Shown: one piece after another, positions 49,701-61,110 of the stretch
Position numbering within the stretch: position 1 is the first letter of the stretch
Layout: each line of letters opens with the position of its first letter
Assembly: GCA_043228905.1 (NCBI GenBank)
Contig: JBHGNT010000022.1
Location: 5,270,001-5,334,000, forward strand
Direction of reading: 5' to 3'
Source of the DNA: Azolla caroliniana
Lineage: Eukaryota > Plantae > Polypodiophyta
DNA length: 64,000 nt
Program-made: the position numbers and the translations under genes
Notes under the pieces: generated by a model
Databases searched by the model: none
Seen by the model: only the letters and a program-made list of their open reading frames with translations
Told to the model about the DNA's origin: nothing

Positions 49701-51560
49701 CTTCCCTACTGTAAAGGTCATCCACACATCCCCAAAATTTATGGGACAAGTCTATATACCCGAGGTGAATTGGATATTGATGGCTCTGTGTGTCTTCATT
49801 ACTGCAGTCTTTAAGACAACCACCTATATCGGAAATGCATATGGTAATTATTTCTCAATGAGCTTTCTATACAACTTTCTACTAAGTGTAAATTAGTGTA
49901 GACATTGGCTCATTGGTTCTTTATAAATGACCATGTGTGGTATCAAATTAAGGACAAATTTATGATTGATGCATTAGGCAAACATCAACATAGTTGTAAG
50001 TTTTTTGAATCAATGAGATCAAAGTTGATTGAGAAATAGTGTTCATGGATGAGTAAATGAAAGATTGCTTACATTTTGGATGCTTATAGTTGAAATCATT
50101 AGGTAGCAGTCAACATAGTTTTTTGAATCAATGAGGTCAAAGTGATTGAGAAATAGTGTTCATGGATGAGTAAATGAATTGAATCAATGAGGTCAAAGTT
50201 GATTGAGAAATAGTGTTCATGGAGGAGTAAATGAAATATTGCTTGCATTTTGGATGCTTATAGTTGAAATCATTAGGTAGCAGTCAACATAGCTAAAGGT
50301 AGAGATTGTTTATTTTAAGGCAAGTGCATGATGTTAAGGAATCAATATGAAGGCTAGAGATTGTTCTTTTGAACTATCTTTCTTGGACAAGAAATGGACG
50401 AAACTATGATCTAAAACACTTAAATCACACTCATGCTCTAAAATCCTACCTCTTTGCATAAGCATAAGATACATGATCCTAAGAAGTCAATAAGATTATC
50501 CATTCATGGACAATTGCATGGTTGGATAAAGTCTCATCGGTTATTGTTGGAATAATTTCCCTCATGTTATGCTCCTTTTGTAGGCATTGCTGTGATAGCC
50601 GTTATGATCGTGACAACGACGTTGATGACCCTTATCATGTTAATGATATGGCAGACAAACATATATCTTGCACTGGCCTTCTTCTCTATTTTTGGTTCAA
50701 TCGAGTTGTTATACTTCTCGGCCAACATATACAAGTTTGATCAAGGAGGGTGGCTACCAGTAGCATTTGCAACCTTCCTAGGAGCTCTTATGCTAATTTG
50801 GCAGTATGTGGCAAGCAAGAAATATACATTCGAAACTGATAACAAAGTGTCTATGGCATCATTAGCTGGAAGATTAGACAAGGAAATAGGTCTTACAAGG
50901 GTACCTGGGATGGGGCTCATGTATACACAACTAGTACATGGGGTGCCCCCAGTGTTTGACCATTTTGTGGAGAATTTAAGCGCCTTACACTCGGTCCTTG
51001 TGTTTGTGTCAGTTAAACATCTTCCGGTCTCATCAGTTCTGGACGAAGAGAGGTTCCTTGTGAGAAGAGTAGGAGACAAGAGGTACAGGATGTATAGAGC
51101 TGTGGTGAGATATGGATATTGGGATGCATTGATTGAGCACAAGAATTTTGAGTCCTTACTGATGGCAAGCTTGGAGGAAACCATAATGTCAAGCGCATGT
51201 GATCAAACATTAGAGCCAGAGACAGCGAACGGTAATGGTAGCGAATCAGAGGAGACAATCAGTGAAACTCCATTAATGATGTCGTCAAATACAAGTCAAA
51301 ATTTGAGGGAAAGGATAATCAAACACCAGAACGAGCTCATCGAGGAAGAATTGTCTTTCATTCGGAGGGCAAGGGAAGAAGGAGTGACTTACATGCTTGG
51401 AAATAGTGTAGTGGAAGCTTCTGAAAATGCTTCTTTTGGAAAGAAGATTGTTGTGAATGGCATCTATCATGGGCTACAACTCATATCTAGGAGGAGTAGA
51501 GTTGCACTTGAGATTCCACACAAGAGGCTGATGGAAGTTGGCATCACTTACACCATTTGA
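46270..51560 (+). CDS. HAK: HAK/KUP/KT potassium transporter (HAK5-like), 9 exons, ~813 aa, intact
   Basis: Exons 46270-46500, 46891-47122, 48178-48444, 48536-48586, 48733-48993, 49114-49166, 49354-49468, 49589-49843, 50584-51560. All introns are GT-AG with consistent phases (2442 nt). Motifs [84 protein letters not shown]. Confidence 0.95.
46654..46737. repeat. compound (CT)n(CA)n microsatellite in intron 1
   Basis: Direct reading. Confidence 0.95.
50007..50292 (+). repeat. local triplication in HAK intron 8
   Basis: GAATCAATGAG(G/A)TCAAAG..GAGTAAATGAA at 50007, 50125 and 50181. Confidence 0.85.
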
Positions 51561-52170
51561 CCCCCAACTTTCTCCTACTTCCAAGATGCACTAATGTATT
51601 TTATTACTTACCTCTTAGCTCAAAACTCCAAATGAAATAATTCATCCTTATGCTATAACCATTTACATAACCTAAGCTCAATTTCCCTTTCTTTCATTAT
51701 ATAGCTTAAAAGCAAAAACCCAAACATGTCTCCAAAGATATTCTATGTCTAGGAAAATTTGTGCAAATATGTATGTGTTTCTATGGTGTTGTAGAGTAGA
51801 GTAGAATCTAGATTGTTTTGTCCTAATGATGGTCAGCATGTTCTTTTCTCAAGATGGATGTGCGTGTGCTTGTGAGTGTATTTGTGAACATGGTGGTGTG
51901 GTAGTTAAGGCGAGGCGAAGTGGGGAGGAGGAGAGAACTGCCAGTAATTTTGGTGTTAAAAGAGAAGGCTTTTCTAAAGCTGAGTTAAACAAGGGAGGAG
52001 CCAAATGGAGGACTTCTCTTAGACAAAACTCAAACAGGCTTAACAATGCTAATTTTCAAATGGATGCTTTGTGCCATTACATTTACACAGAAACATCACA
52101 CTCCACTCATATGTATGTGAAAACGAAAAATGATGATGCTTTTCAATTGATTCATGGAGAGAGCGAATGC

Positions 52171-52221
<51 letters not shown>

Positions 52222-52667
52222 ACAAACATACGAACACTTTGAATGAATGAACCAAGGGGATGTTATTCTTCTTCGTCTTCTTCTGTTCTTCTTTTCTTTA
52301 ACCCTGTTCCTGCATTTACCCTGTTTCTTCAATTTTTTTTGAAATTTGTTTTGCTTTAACCCTTCCGTCTGCACTCTCGCCTCTGTTCCTGTTTGTTCTG
52401 CATGGTTCGGTTCTTTACGCTTTTGTTCACTTTAGCCCCTTCCCCTGTTTCTTTACCCTCCCATTTTATGTTTTTCAGAAAAGGTTTCTGTTGTTCCTCC
52501 TAATTCCTGATGGCATATAAATAAATAGAAGAATTTATGTCTTTACCTTCCTTTTTATGTTTTTCAGAAAGGTTTCTGCTTGTTCCTCCTAATTCTTGAT
52601 GGCATATAAATAGATATAGAGGAATTTATGTCTTGGTTAGTTCATGTTCATTGATTTGTTTGTTTTC

Positions 52668-52699
<32 letters not shown>

Positions 52700-53164
52700 C
52701 ATACTGATACATATATGATATATCTTGTCTACAAGTCTAAGCAAGAGATCATGACACATGCAGACCATACATATATCTTGTCTACAAGTCTCACCAAGAC
52801 GATCATGACACATGCCAACCAATGCTCCGCATCATCCGTCTTCGTCTTCTTCTTTTTAAAAAAAAAGCTCCCTTCCATTAATTATAAATTCATCCTTCTT
52901 CTTTTTCTTCTCCATAAAACAATTGTAATAATAAACTTGGGTGTTGCTTTTCTAGGGTTTTGCAAAAGAGATCGTGCCTCAAGGTCTTAGTATATTTAAA
53001 TGGAAGGGAACATGTGCGTGGTCTAATGTACACACTTCATGCATGTGAGTCAATGTGATGACTGATATGGTCTTAGGAAGCATCACCCCACAAAAGTGGA
53101 TTTTGAGTGCTTCAACTACCGTGGTCCTCATCAGATCAGTGAATGCTTGACTGGGTGAGTTGCG

Positions 53165-54490
53165 AAGTGTGATGTCAATTTTTGTTTGTAAGAAAATATT
53201 GTTGCAAATATGTTGGATGCTATGATGTCCAAGAATAAAGTGTGATATGAAAGGTGTAAGTATCATAACAATCAAAGAAGGAACTTGACAGGATGAAATT
53301 AGAGGCGTTTTTCGAAAGTGTCAAAAGGTAGAAAAACGCAAGGCGTGGATATGAATCCAAATTTTGAAAGAAAAGATGCATAAAAAAGGTGACAATGAGA
53401 GGTTTCCAAAAATATCTTGTATAACAAATTTGGGATTACAGAGGAGAAATAGTGGTATAACAAACGCCTCACATAGACTCGTGTATATTCTAAAAAAAAA
53501 CAAGAATAACATAACCAAAAACCTATAAATAAGGGGGAGGAGGGAAGAATAGGTCTACAAGAAGTGAGAAGAATCTTGGTAGGAGGGAAGAAGGGAAGTC
53601 TACAAGAAGAATCTTGGTAGGAGTCATAGAAAGAAAAATAGTTCTATGGAGTTGAGTTTTGACTTGTGTTTCGGGTTTAGGGAAACATTGGACTTTCATG
53701 AATGTGTATGCTCCGAATAGTAGAACAGGTAGGGTAACATTCTAGGAGCGTATCCGCCTATAAGTAGTGGGTGAGGAGTGTTGGAAATGCGACCAACGGG
53801 TGTAGAACAAAACCAACACTCATCAAGTGAAGAGCTCCAAAAATGATGGAGAGATATTAAAAAACAATAGCGAAGAGAAGAGGAAGACAAAAGAATACTT
53901 CAATATACTATTAGGTAAACAATACCAACTTCTTAGACTCCAATGAAAAACTCAACTACATAGAACTTTTTTTCTTTTTATGACTCTAAACAAAAAATAA
54001 ACCTCCCACCTTCCTTCCTTCTTCTACCAAGACTCTTCTCACTTATTGTAGACCTTCTTATTCTTCTTCTCCCCCTTGCTAAGAATACCCTCCTATTTAT
54101 AGGTTTTTTTTGTGTTATTCTTGCTTTTTTCTTTCTTTTTTCTTTTTACATATCCTCGAGTTTATGTGAGACATTTTTTTATATCACTATTTTTGCTTTG
54201 TCATCCCAAATTTGTCATACAAGAAAGCTCTCTTTGTCAGCTTTCTTATGAATCTTTTCATTTGAAATTTGGATATGAGGTGAAGAAGTTATGAGCTTAT
54301 TTCTTTGCCTTGCTTTTTCTACGTCCTTTTTTCTTTTACTACTTTTGAAAATTGCCTCTAACTTTCTATCCCTTCAAGTTCCTTCCTTTGTTAATACTTG
54401 ATCTTTTCATATTGTCCTTTATTATTAGACCTCTTAGCATCCAACATGTTTGCAAGAGTCTTTTCTTACGAACAAAGATTGACTTCAGAT
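53165..54490. repeat. long diverged inverted repeat (arms ~53165-53660 and ~53947-54490)
   Basis: Colinear reverse-complement blocks, e.g. AGTTCTATGGAGTTGAGTTTT / AAAACTCAACTACATAGAACT, CAAATTTGGGAT / ATCCCAAATTTG, TGTTGGATGCTA / TAGCATCCAACA. Confidence 0.85.
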
Positions 54491-54539
54491 TTAGCCCTCC
54501 TTGCTTGTTGAGCGAACCATTTATGTGAAATAACTTTTG

Positions 54540-55189
54540 AATTCTCCTCCATTGTCGGACCGTAAGAATTTCAACTTCCGGACGGACTAGGTCTCCACCA
54601 TGGTGAGCCATTCAGAAAAGAACGAGAACACCCAATCTTTGGTTTAGGTCGGGTATGCCCACACCTTACGAGTTGAATCATTGATAAAGGTAACGAAGTA
54701 GGAGACGCCGCCAAGAGACTGATGTGGCATTGGGCCATAGACGTTTGAATGGGCCAAATCGAGTGGACTTGATTCTCTTGGTGTTGCCTCAGCTGCGAGT
54801 CTACAACTTCTTTTCCGTATTTGTAGCACTCGCAGAAATGGTGGTCTGAAAAGGAGAGTTTGGGGATGTATCCGGCTTTGGATAAATGTGTTATGCCGAC
54901 CTTGTTGAGATGTCTGAGTCGTCTGTGCCATAGTGATGACATGAGGATATCAATCAGAAACAAGTAACCCTCTCTGAGTGTGATGTATAGCGAGCACAGA
55001 GAATGTACTTTAAGACTTTGAGCAAGTAGGAGGTTCCCCCCTGTGGAGTGTGCACCCTGCTGATGAGAAGCCGGCATGGATGCTGTCTTCATCAAGTTGT
55101 CCGATCGAGATTAATGATCTTGAGAGCTCAGGTAGGTATTAGACATTATGTAGTACCAATGTAGAGCCACCCAGAAGGTTGAGCTCTAG
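54540..55189 (-). mobile_element. decayed copia fragment (protease end, GAG-pre-integrase, integrase start)
   Basis: LWHRRLRHL, LDLAHSNVYGPMP..SYFVTFINDSTRKVW. Confidence 0.8.
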
Positions 55190-55739
55190 TGTGCTGATTC
55201 CGCTGAGACCCTAGTCCTTCGGGGTTCGACTTCAAGGGAATCGTGGTTCAAGAATGGGAGAGTACGTCATAACTGTCAGGAATAGTATTGAGAAAGAGAA
55301 GAAATTAGTACTAAGAGGAATAGAGGGTGTAGAACACTCGAGAGAAGGAGAGAGAGTGTGTGTGTGTGAGAGAGTGAGAGATCGAGGGAGAGAAAATGAT
55401 GATGATAGCGATATATTATGTGAGAGGAATATACAAGGAAGGCTAGGAGGCTTAAGACTGGCGTTGAACCGATTTGGTTCGAAATAATGCCTTGTGCCTC
55501 CTTTTATAGTGTTCTCAAGAGTAGTCCTGAAGCTTCTAGAATGTTCTAGAGAAATCTGGAATATACATTAATTTTCTATAGTAAAACTTAAATAAAAATA
55601 ATATTTTACGTATTACAATAGATAGTGTAATGGTCAAGAGCTCGACCCATGTAACATAAGGTCATGGGTTTGAGTCTTGTCATATCATGACACTATCCCC
55701 CCTTTAAAACGACGAGTGTCACGAGTCATTTTGGATTGA

Positions 55740-55915
55740 GGACCCGGTTTATCTGGATATTGACGATGGAAGTCTTGAAGAAGAGCATGAGCATTGGTCA
55801 CATTCTCTATTGGTTCCCAAGTACGCTCGTTGGGACTATATCCTAGTCAATCGACTAAATAGTAGAGATTGCTGCGAACAATCTTGGAATCGAGGATGGC
55901 GGCAACCTCGTACTC
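55740..55915 (-). pseudogene. integrase C-terminal chromodomain (one W to stop)
   Basis: Manual translation EYEVAAILDSKIVRSNLYYLVD*LGYSPNERTWEPIENV. Confidence 0.85.
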
Positions 55916-57527
55916 AGGTCCATCTTCAAGTTCGATCTGGGGTGGAGGTTGTGGAATACATCATGGGATGGTGCTGTCTTGATAGGGTTCGAGGAGAGAA
56001 CTATGAAACACCGGATGTATGCGAAGTTGCGGGGGTAGATCAAGAAGAAAAGCGACATCATTAATCTTTCCGATAATACAGAAAGGACCTAGACGCCGAT
56101 AATCCAACTTCTCGCATGGGCGTGTAGTCTTGATGTGTCGTCGTAGTAGCCATACTTAATCTACAATGTTAAAATTGTATGGAAGCCGATGACGATCCGC
56201 GTCAACCTTGTGTGTTAGTTGAGCTTACTGTGGATGAGTAGATAAATCTACTTGTATCTTGCGTAACCGCTCCAAAAGATCCGCTGCGCAAGGATTTGTG
56301 GGTACCTCTGGGGTTTCAAATACACACCACCGGGGGTGACAACCCGTATAAGCATAAAATGGCGTAACTTTAGTTGATGAGTGGACAGAGTTATTATAGG
56401 AAAATTCGGCGAAGTGGAGAATATCCGTCCAGTCATCCTGATGATAGCTTAGAAAGCACCGAAGATACTGCTCTAGCGTTTGATTTGTTCTTTCTGCTTG
56501 GCCGTCGGTTTGCGGGTGGTAGCCGGAGGAGAGGTTACAAGTGACCTTGAGCATTTTAAAAAGGTGCTTCCAGAATTTCGAGACGAACTGGGGTCCACAG
56601 TCGCTGATGATATTATCAAGAAGGCCATGATGCCAACATACTTCACGCATGACAATTTCGACTGTTTCTTCACTGGAGATTTCCTTAGTACATGGCAGGA
56701 AATGAGCCATCTTCGTATATCGATCTACTACCGTTAAGAGACTAGAAGATCTATAATGAAATCTAGAGCAATGGATTGCCACGACTTGCTTGGAATTGGT
56801 AATGGTTCTAATAAACCATATGGATGATGCCTTGACATTTTTGCTCTGCAACATGTACTAAATCTAATGTCTTAGTACTACCAAAATGCCCAACTATATA
56901 TGTGTCACGACAGTTTTGGACTACTCGACGGTGGCAAGAACCATTCTGAACATACAAGAGTTTCTTAAAGAATAGTAATCCATCATGACATTCGAATTGT
57001 TGATAGTCCGTACCTAGTTGTTGCGATTGTGAACAAGATGCTCGAGAGGGATCAATTTGTGCTAGAATGGCTTGGGCGAAAGCATTTGTCTTCAAGTCCT
57101 CACGTATGGTATCGATAACGTGGGAATCCAGGGGCATGCTGAAGACCTGTGTTGCTTGCAGTTGTGCCGGTCCCAAGATTACTTGCTTTTGGTTATCGAA
57201 AGCTGACTCGCCGGGACGCAGTGCTAGATATGAACGCCGTGATAATGCATCTGCCTTCCCTTGGTGTTTCCCCGGAGGATATGTAATTTTGAAGTCGAAA
57301 CGCGTGAGGAATTGGGCCCACCGAGCTTGACGTCAATTTAACACACTAACACGCTGAAAGTAGGCAAGGTTTTTGTGATCACTGAATACGGTGACTTGAT
57401 GAGAAGATCCCTCTAGAAAATGCCCCCATTGTGTAAAAGATTCCACTATTGCTAATAACTCCTTATCATGAATTTCATAGTTGATTTTGGCGGCGTCAAA
57501 CTTGCGTGAGTGGAAAGCCATAGGAAG

Positions 57528-58668
57528 TGTTAGGAAACAGGTCCCTCCGAATGGGAAGTGAGAAGAACAGTGTTGATGAGCAACTTGGCCGAGGCCGAAT
57601 CCGGATGTGGTGTACCCGGCAACGGAAGACCCAGTGAGAACCGGATGTGGAGTACCCGACAACGGAAGACCCGGTGAGAACCAGATGTGGAGTACCCGGC
57701 AACGGAAGACCCGGTGAGAACCGGATGTTGCAGGCCCGGTGAGAACCTCTCACCGGATGAAGGGACATATATGTAAATATGTTCCAGAGAGCCCACTGGG
57801 GCTATATTTTAAAAATAGCCGAAAGTCATATTAGTATAAATATGACCTAGGGCAAACTCAGTGTGTGTGTAATTTTGGTGTAACGACTGTACAGAGAGAG
57901 AGACAAAGAGATTCCACTATTGCTAATAACTCCTTATCATGAATTTCATAGTTGATTTTGGCGGCGTCAAACTTGCGTGAGTGGAAAGCCATAGGAAGTG
58001 TTAGGAAACAGGTCCCTCCGAATGGGAAGTGAGAAGAACAATGTTGATGAGCAACTTGGCCGAGGCCGAATCTGGATGTGGTGTACCCGGCAATGGAAGA
58101 CCCAGTGAGAACCGGATGTGGAGTACCCGACAACGGAAGACCCGGTGAGAACCAGATGTGGAGTACCCGGCAATGGAAGACCCGGTGAGAACCGGATGTT
58201 GCAGGCCCGGTGAGAACCTCTCACCGGATGAAGGGACATATATGTAAATATGTTCCAGAGAGCCCACTGGGGCTATATTTTAAAAATAGCCGAAAGTCAT
58301 ATTAGTATAAATATGACCTAGGGCAAACTCAGTGTGTATGTAATTTTGGTGTAACGACTGTACAGAGAGAGAGACAGAGAGAGCGATACAGAGCATGTCT
58401 CTGTTGTAACCGCCGCAAGGCAAAGATTGTGAGCAAGAGGTCGTTGCCTCTGTGCTCCTTGTTATATTACTTTACAGAGTGATAGTTTGGAGTCTGTGGA
58501 CTCCCGTGGTTTTTTTTTCCCTCTCAGGGTTTTCCACGTTAATATCCTGTGTATTCTCTTTCTGTTTTGTGTACTTACCTCCATTCCCATTTCGTCTGTG
58601 TTTTGATTGTCATCAAGTGATCTACGCTTCAGTTGTGGCCGGAGATTATTCCGCGTATTTCCCTGTCA
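57528..58668 (+). mobile_element. copia solo LTR (57999-58668) inserted in chromovirus RNase H, with a partial duplicate (57528-57908)
   Basis: TG..CA termini; TSD GGAAG/GGATG; 40-bp U3 array; TATAAATATGACCTAGGG; 471-bp tandem duplication 57438-57908 / 57909-58379. Confidence 0.88.
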
Positions 58669-61097
58669 GGATGTAGCTTTTCATCATTACCTTGTTGTGA
58701 CAGAATGCAACCCAATGCGAAATCCGACACGTCCGCTTCCATGATGAATGGTTTTTCCAGATCAATGTGAGCTAGAATAGGAGCCAATGTAAATGTCGTT
58801 TTAAGATTCTCAAAAGCCATGTCCTCCTTTTCAGACCAAACGAATGATTGTCCCTTCTTAGTAAGTTGTGTGAGAGGCAGAACAAGCTTTGAGTAATCCT
58901 GTTTAAACTTGCGGTAGAAATTGGCAAAGTCTAAAAAGCATTGCATATCTCGCAACGAATGCGGAGTTTACCACTCTACCACCGTTTTGACCTTAGCTGG
59001 ATCCATGGAGATGCCTTCCGAGGAGATGACATAGCCCAGAAATTCCACTAGGTCGCACCCGAAACTACATTTTTCCAGCTTTGCATAAAGACTATCTTCT
59101 CGAAGTCATTTTAGTACTAATAATACATGAGAATCATGATCTTCTTGGGTCTTCGAATAAACCACTAGATCATCCAAATAGATGATCAAACAAACATCCA
59201 AGAGATCTCGGAATATATCATTTGCCATGTGCTAGAAGACTACTGGTGCATTAGTGAGGCCAAACGGCATGACCGTATACTCGAAGTGCCCATATCTGGT
59301 GCGAAACGCGGTCTTCCATTCATCTCCTGGTTAGATCTGTACGAGGTTATATGCTCCCCGTAAGTCGATCTTCGTGAAGAACCTTGCACCATTGATCCGT
59401 TCTAAAAGACTTGAGATAAGGGGAAGTGCATACTTATTTTTGAGGGTGACCTTATTCAAGCCACAGTAATCTACAACGAGACGAAGTGATCCATCCTTTT
59501 TCTTGACAAAGAAAATGGGTGCGCCGGGTGGAGATTTCGAATGCCGAATGAAACCATTTTCCAAATTCTCCTCTATATAGGCTCGAAGGACTTCTAGCTC
59601 TGTTGGTGACAAATTGTAGATCGATCCCCATGGTGGCTCTTTTCCCGGTTGTAAATCGATGATGCAATCAGATGGTCGATGGTGAGGAAGCGTATTGTCT
59701 TGTACTTTATCGAACACATCGGCATAATGATGATACTTCTTTGGAAGTTGAACGGTGAACTCTTCTTTAGTGGTGTTAGAGGGTTTTACTGATATTGCGA
59801 AGAGAAATATTTCTTCCTTGCGTCCTTCTTCCCACAATTGATGTAGCAAAATGGTTGCAATCTTATGAGTAGATCCTCGGGCTTGTCGATGCCGGATTTC
59901 TCTTGTTCTCCAATCTATGTTTGGGTTATGTAATTCAAACCATGGTAATCCTAAAACAATGAGATGTTATGGGATACTAATTATATTAAATGATACTACA
60001 CACGCTAGATTATCTAGGACAATATTAACGGGCTCTGACTCTTCTTTGATATTTCCAGAAGCAATGGGACGACCATCAATGACTACTACAGAGGCTGGAC
60101 ACGGGAGTTTTCTGAGAGATATCTGATGGGCTTGGGCAAAATTCCTATCCATGAAGCAAGAATTAGCTCCGGAATCTAGAAGTGCTAAGACATGTACTGG
60201 AGGGGTACTTTTAGTACTAACTATTACTTGGGCTACGAACACATTGCTAACTTGCTTAGAGGGAATGGAACCACTAATGGGCTGCACAGATCTAGGGTTG
60301 TCCAACCAAATGGCTCCTATTTTGGCTAGACTTAGTTGTTTAACTCTTCTTCTAACTGACTAAGAACATCAAATTTGTTCGCTAGATTTGGGCTATTAGT
60401 ACCATTAGGACTATCAGATATTTCTACTGAAATGGACTCGGGTTTAGTACAATTAGAACTAGCAACTATTTCGTTTACCTGTCTTCTTGGCCTATGGGAA
60501 CAATTTACTGCAATATGCCCTGGTTCACCGCAATAAAGACATAGTTGATTTGCTCGACGTTGCTGCTAACAACGGAGCGAACCATGCTAATGCTAAGCCA
60601 CTAAGTAGAGTGCCTACTAGTCCCACGCGTGATGCATCGTGGGATATCGAGAAGGATGCATTTGAATCACTAAGCATACCTGACTCAGAAAACCTCTAAA
60701 TTGTGATCGGGACCCATCAAATTTTGTAGGAAGAACAATCTTGGGTTCTTTGTGAATCCCTTGACTGCTTGATCCGTGTTGTTGTAGTGATACAATATTC
60801 GCTTCAAGTTGTAGTACACGTAATGTCAGCTCCCCGTGTTGTTGTTTTTCCAGTGCTATTTGTTGAAGATCCCCCAACAAACGGTGATTTTCTTGTTCTA
60901 GTGCTACAAATTTCTCTTTTAAGCACTAGAGCTCTGAGAAAACAGATTGGTATTCCTGAGCGCTAACAGTTTCCATTTTACTAGGGAGGGAAAAAGGGGT
61001 AAGAAGATGAGGGAAACCGGAAAGAAGACTGGGAAAAAAGGGGATATGTAAGAAGATAAAAGGAAGAGGAGGAAAGGAGGAGACGGAAGGGGACGAA

Positions 61098-61110
61098 AAT
61101 TGGTTCAAAC
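61098..61110 (-). promoter_or_regulatory. putative self-priming PBS (non-tRNA)
   Basis: No TGG tRNA complement after the 5' LTR. The sequence is complementary to an LTR segment ~34 nt downstream of TATAAAA. Confidence 0.65.
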
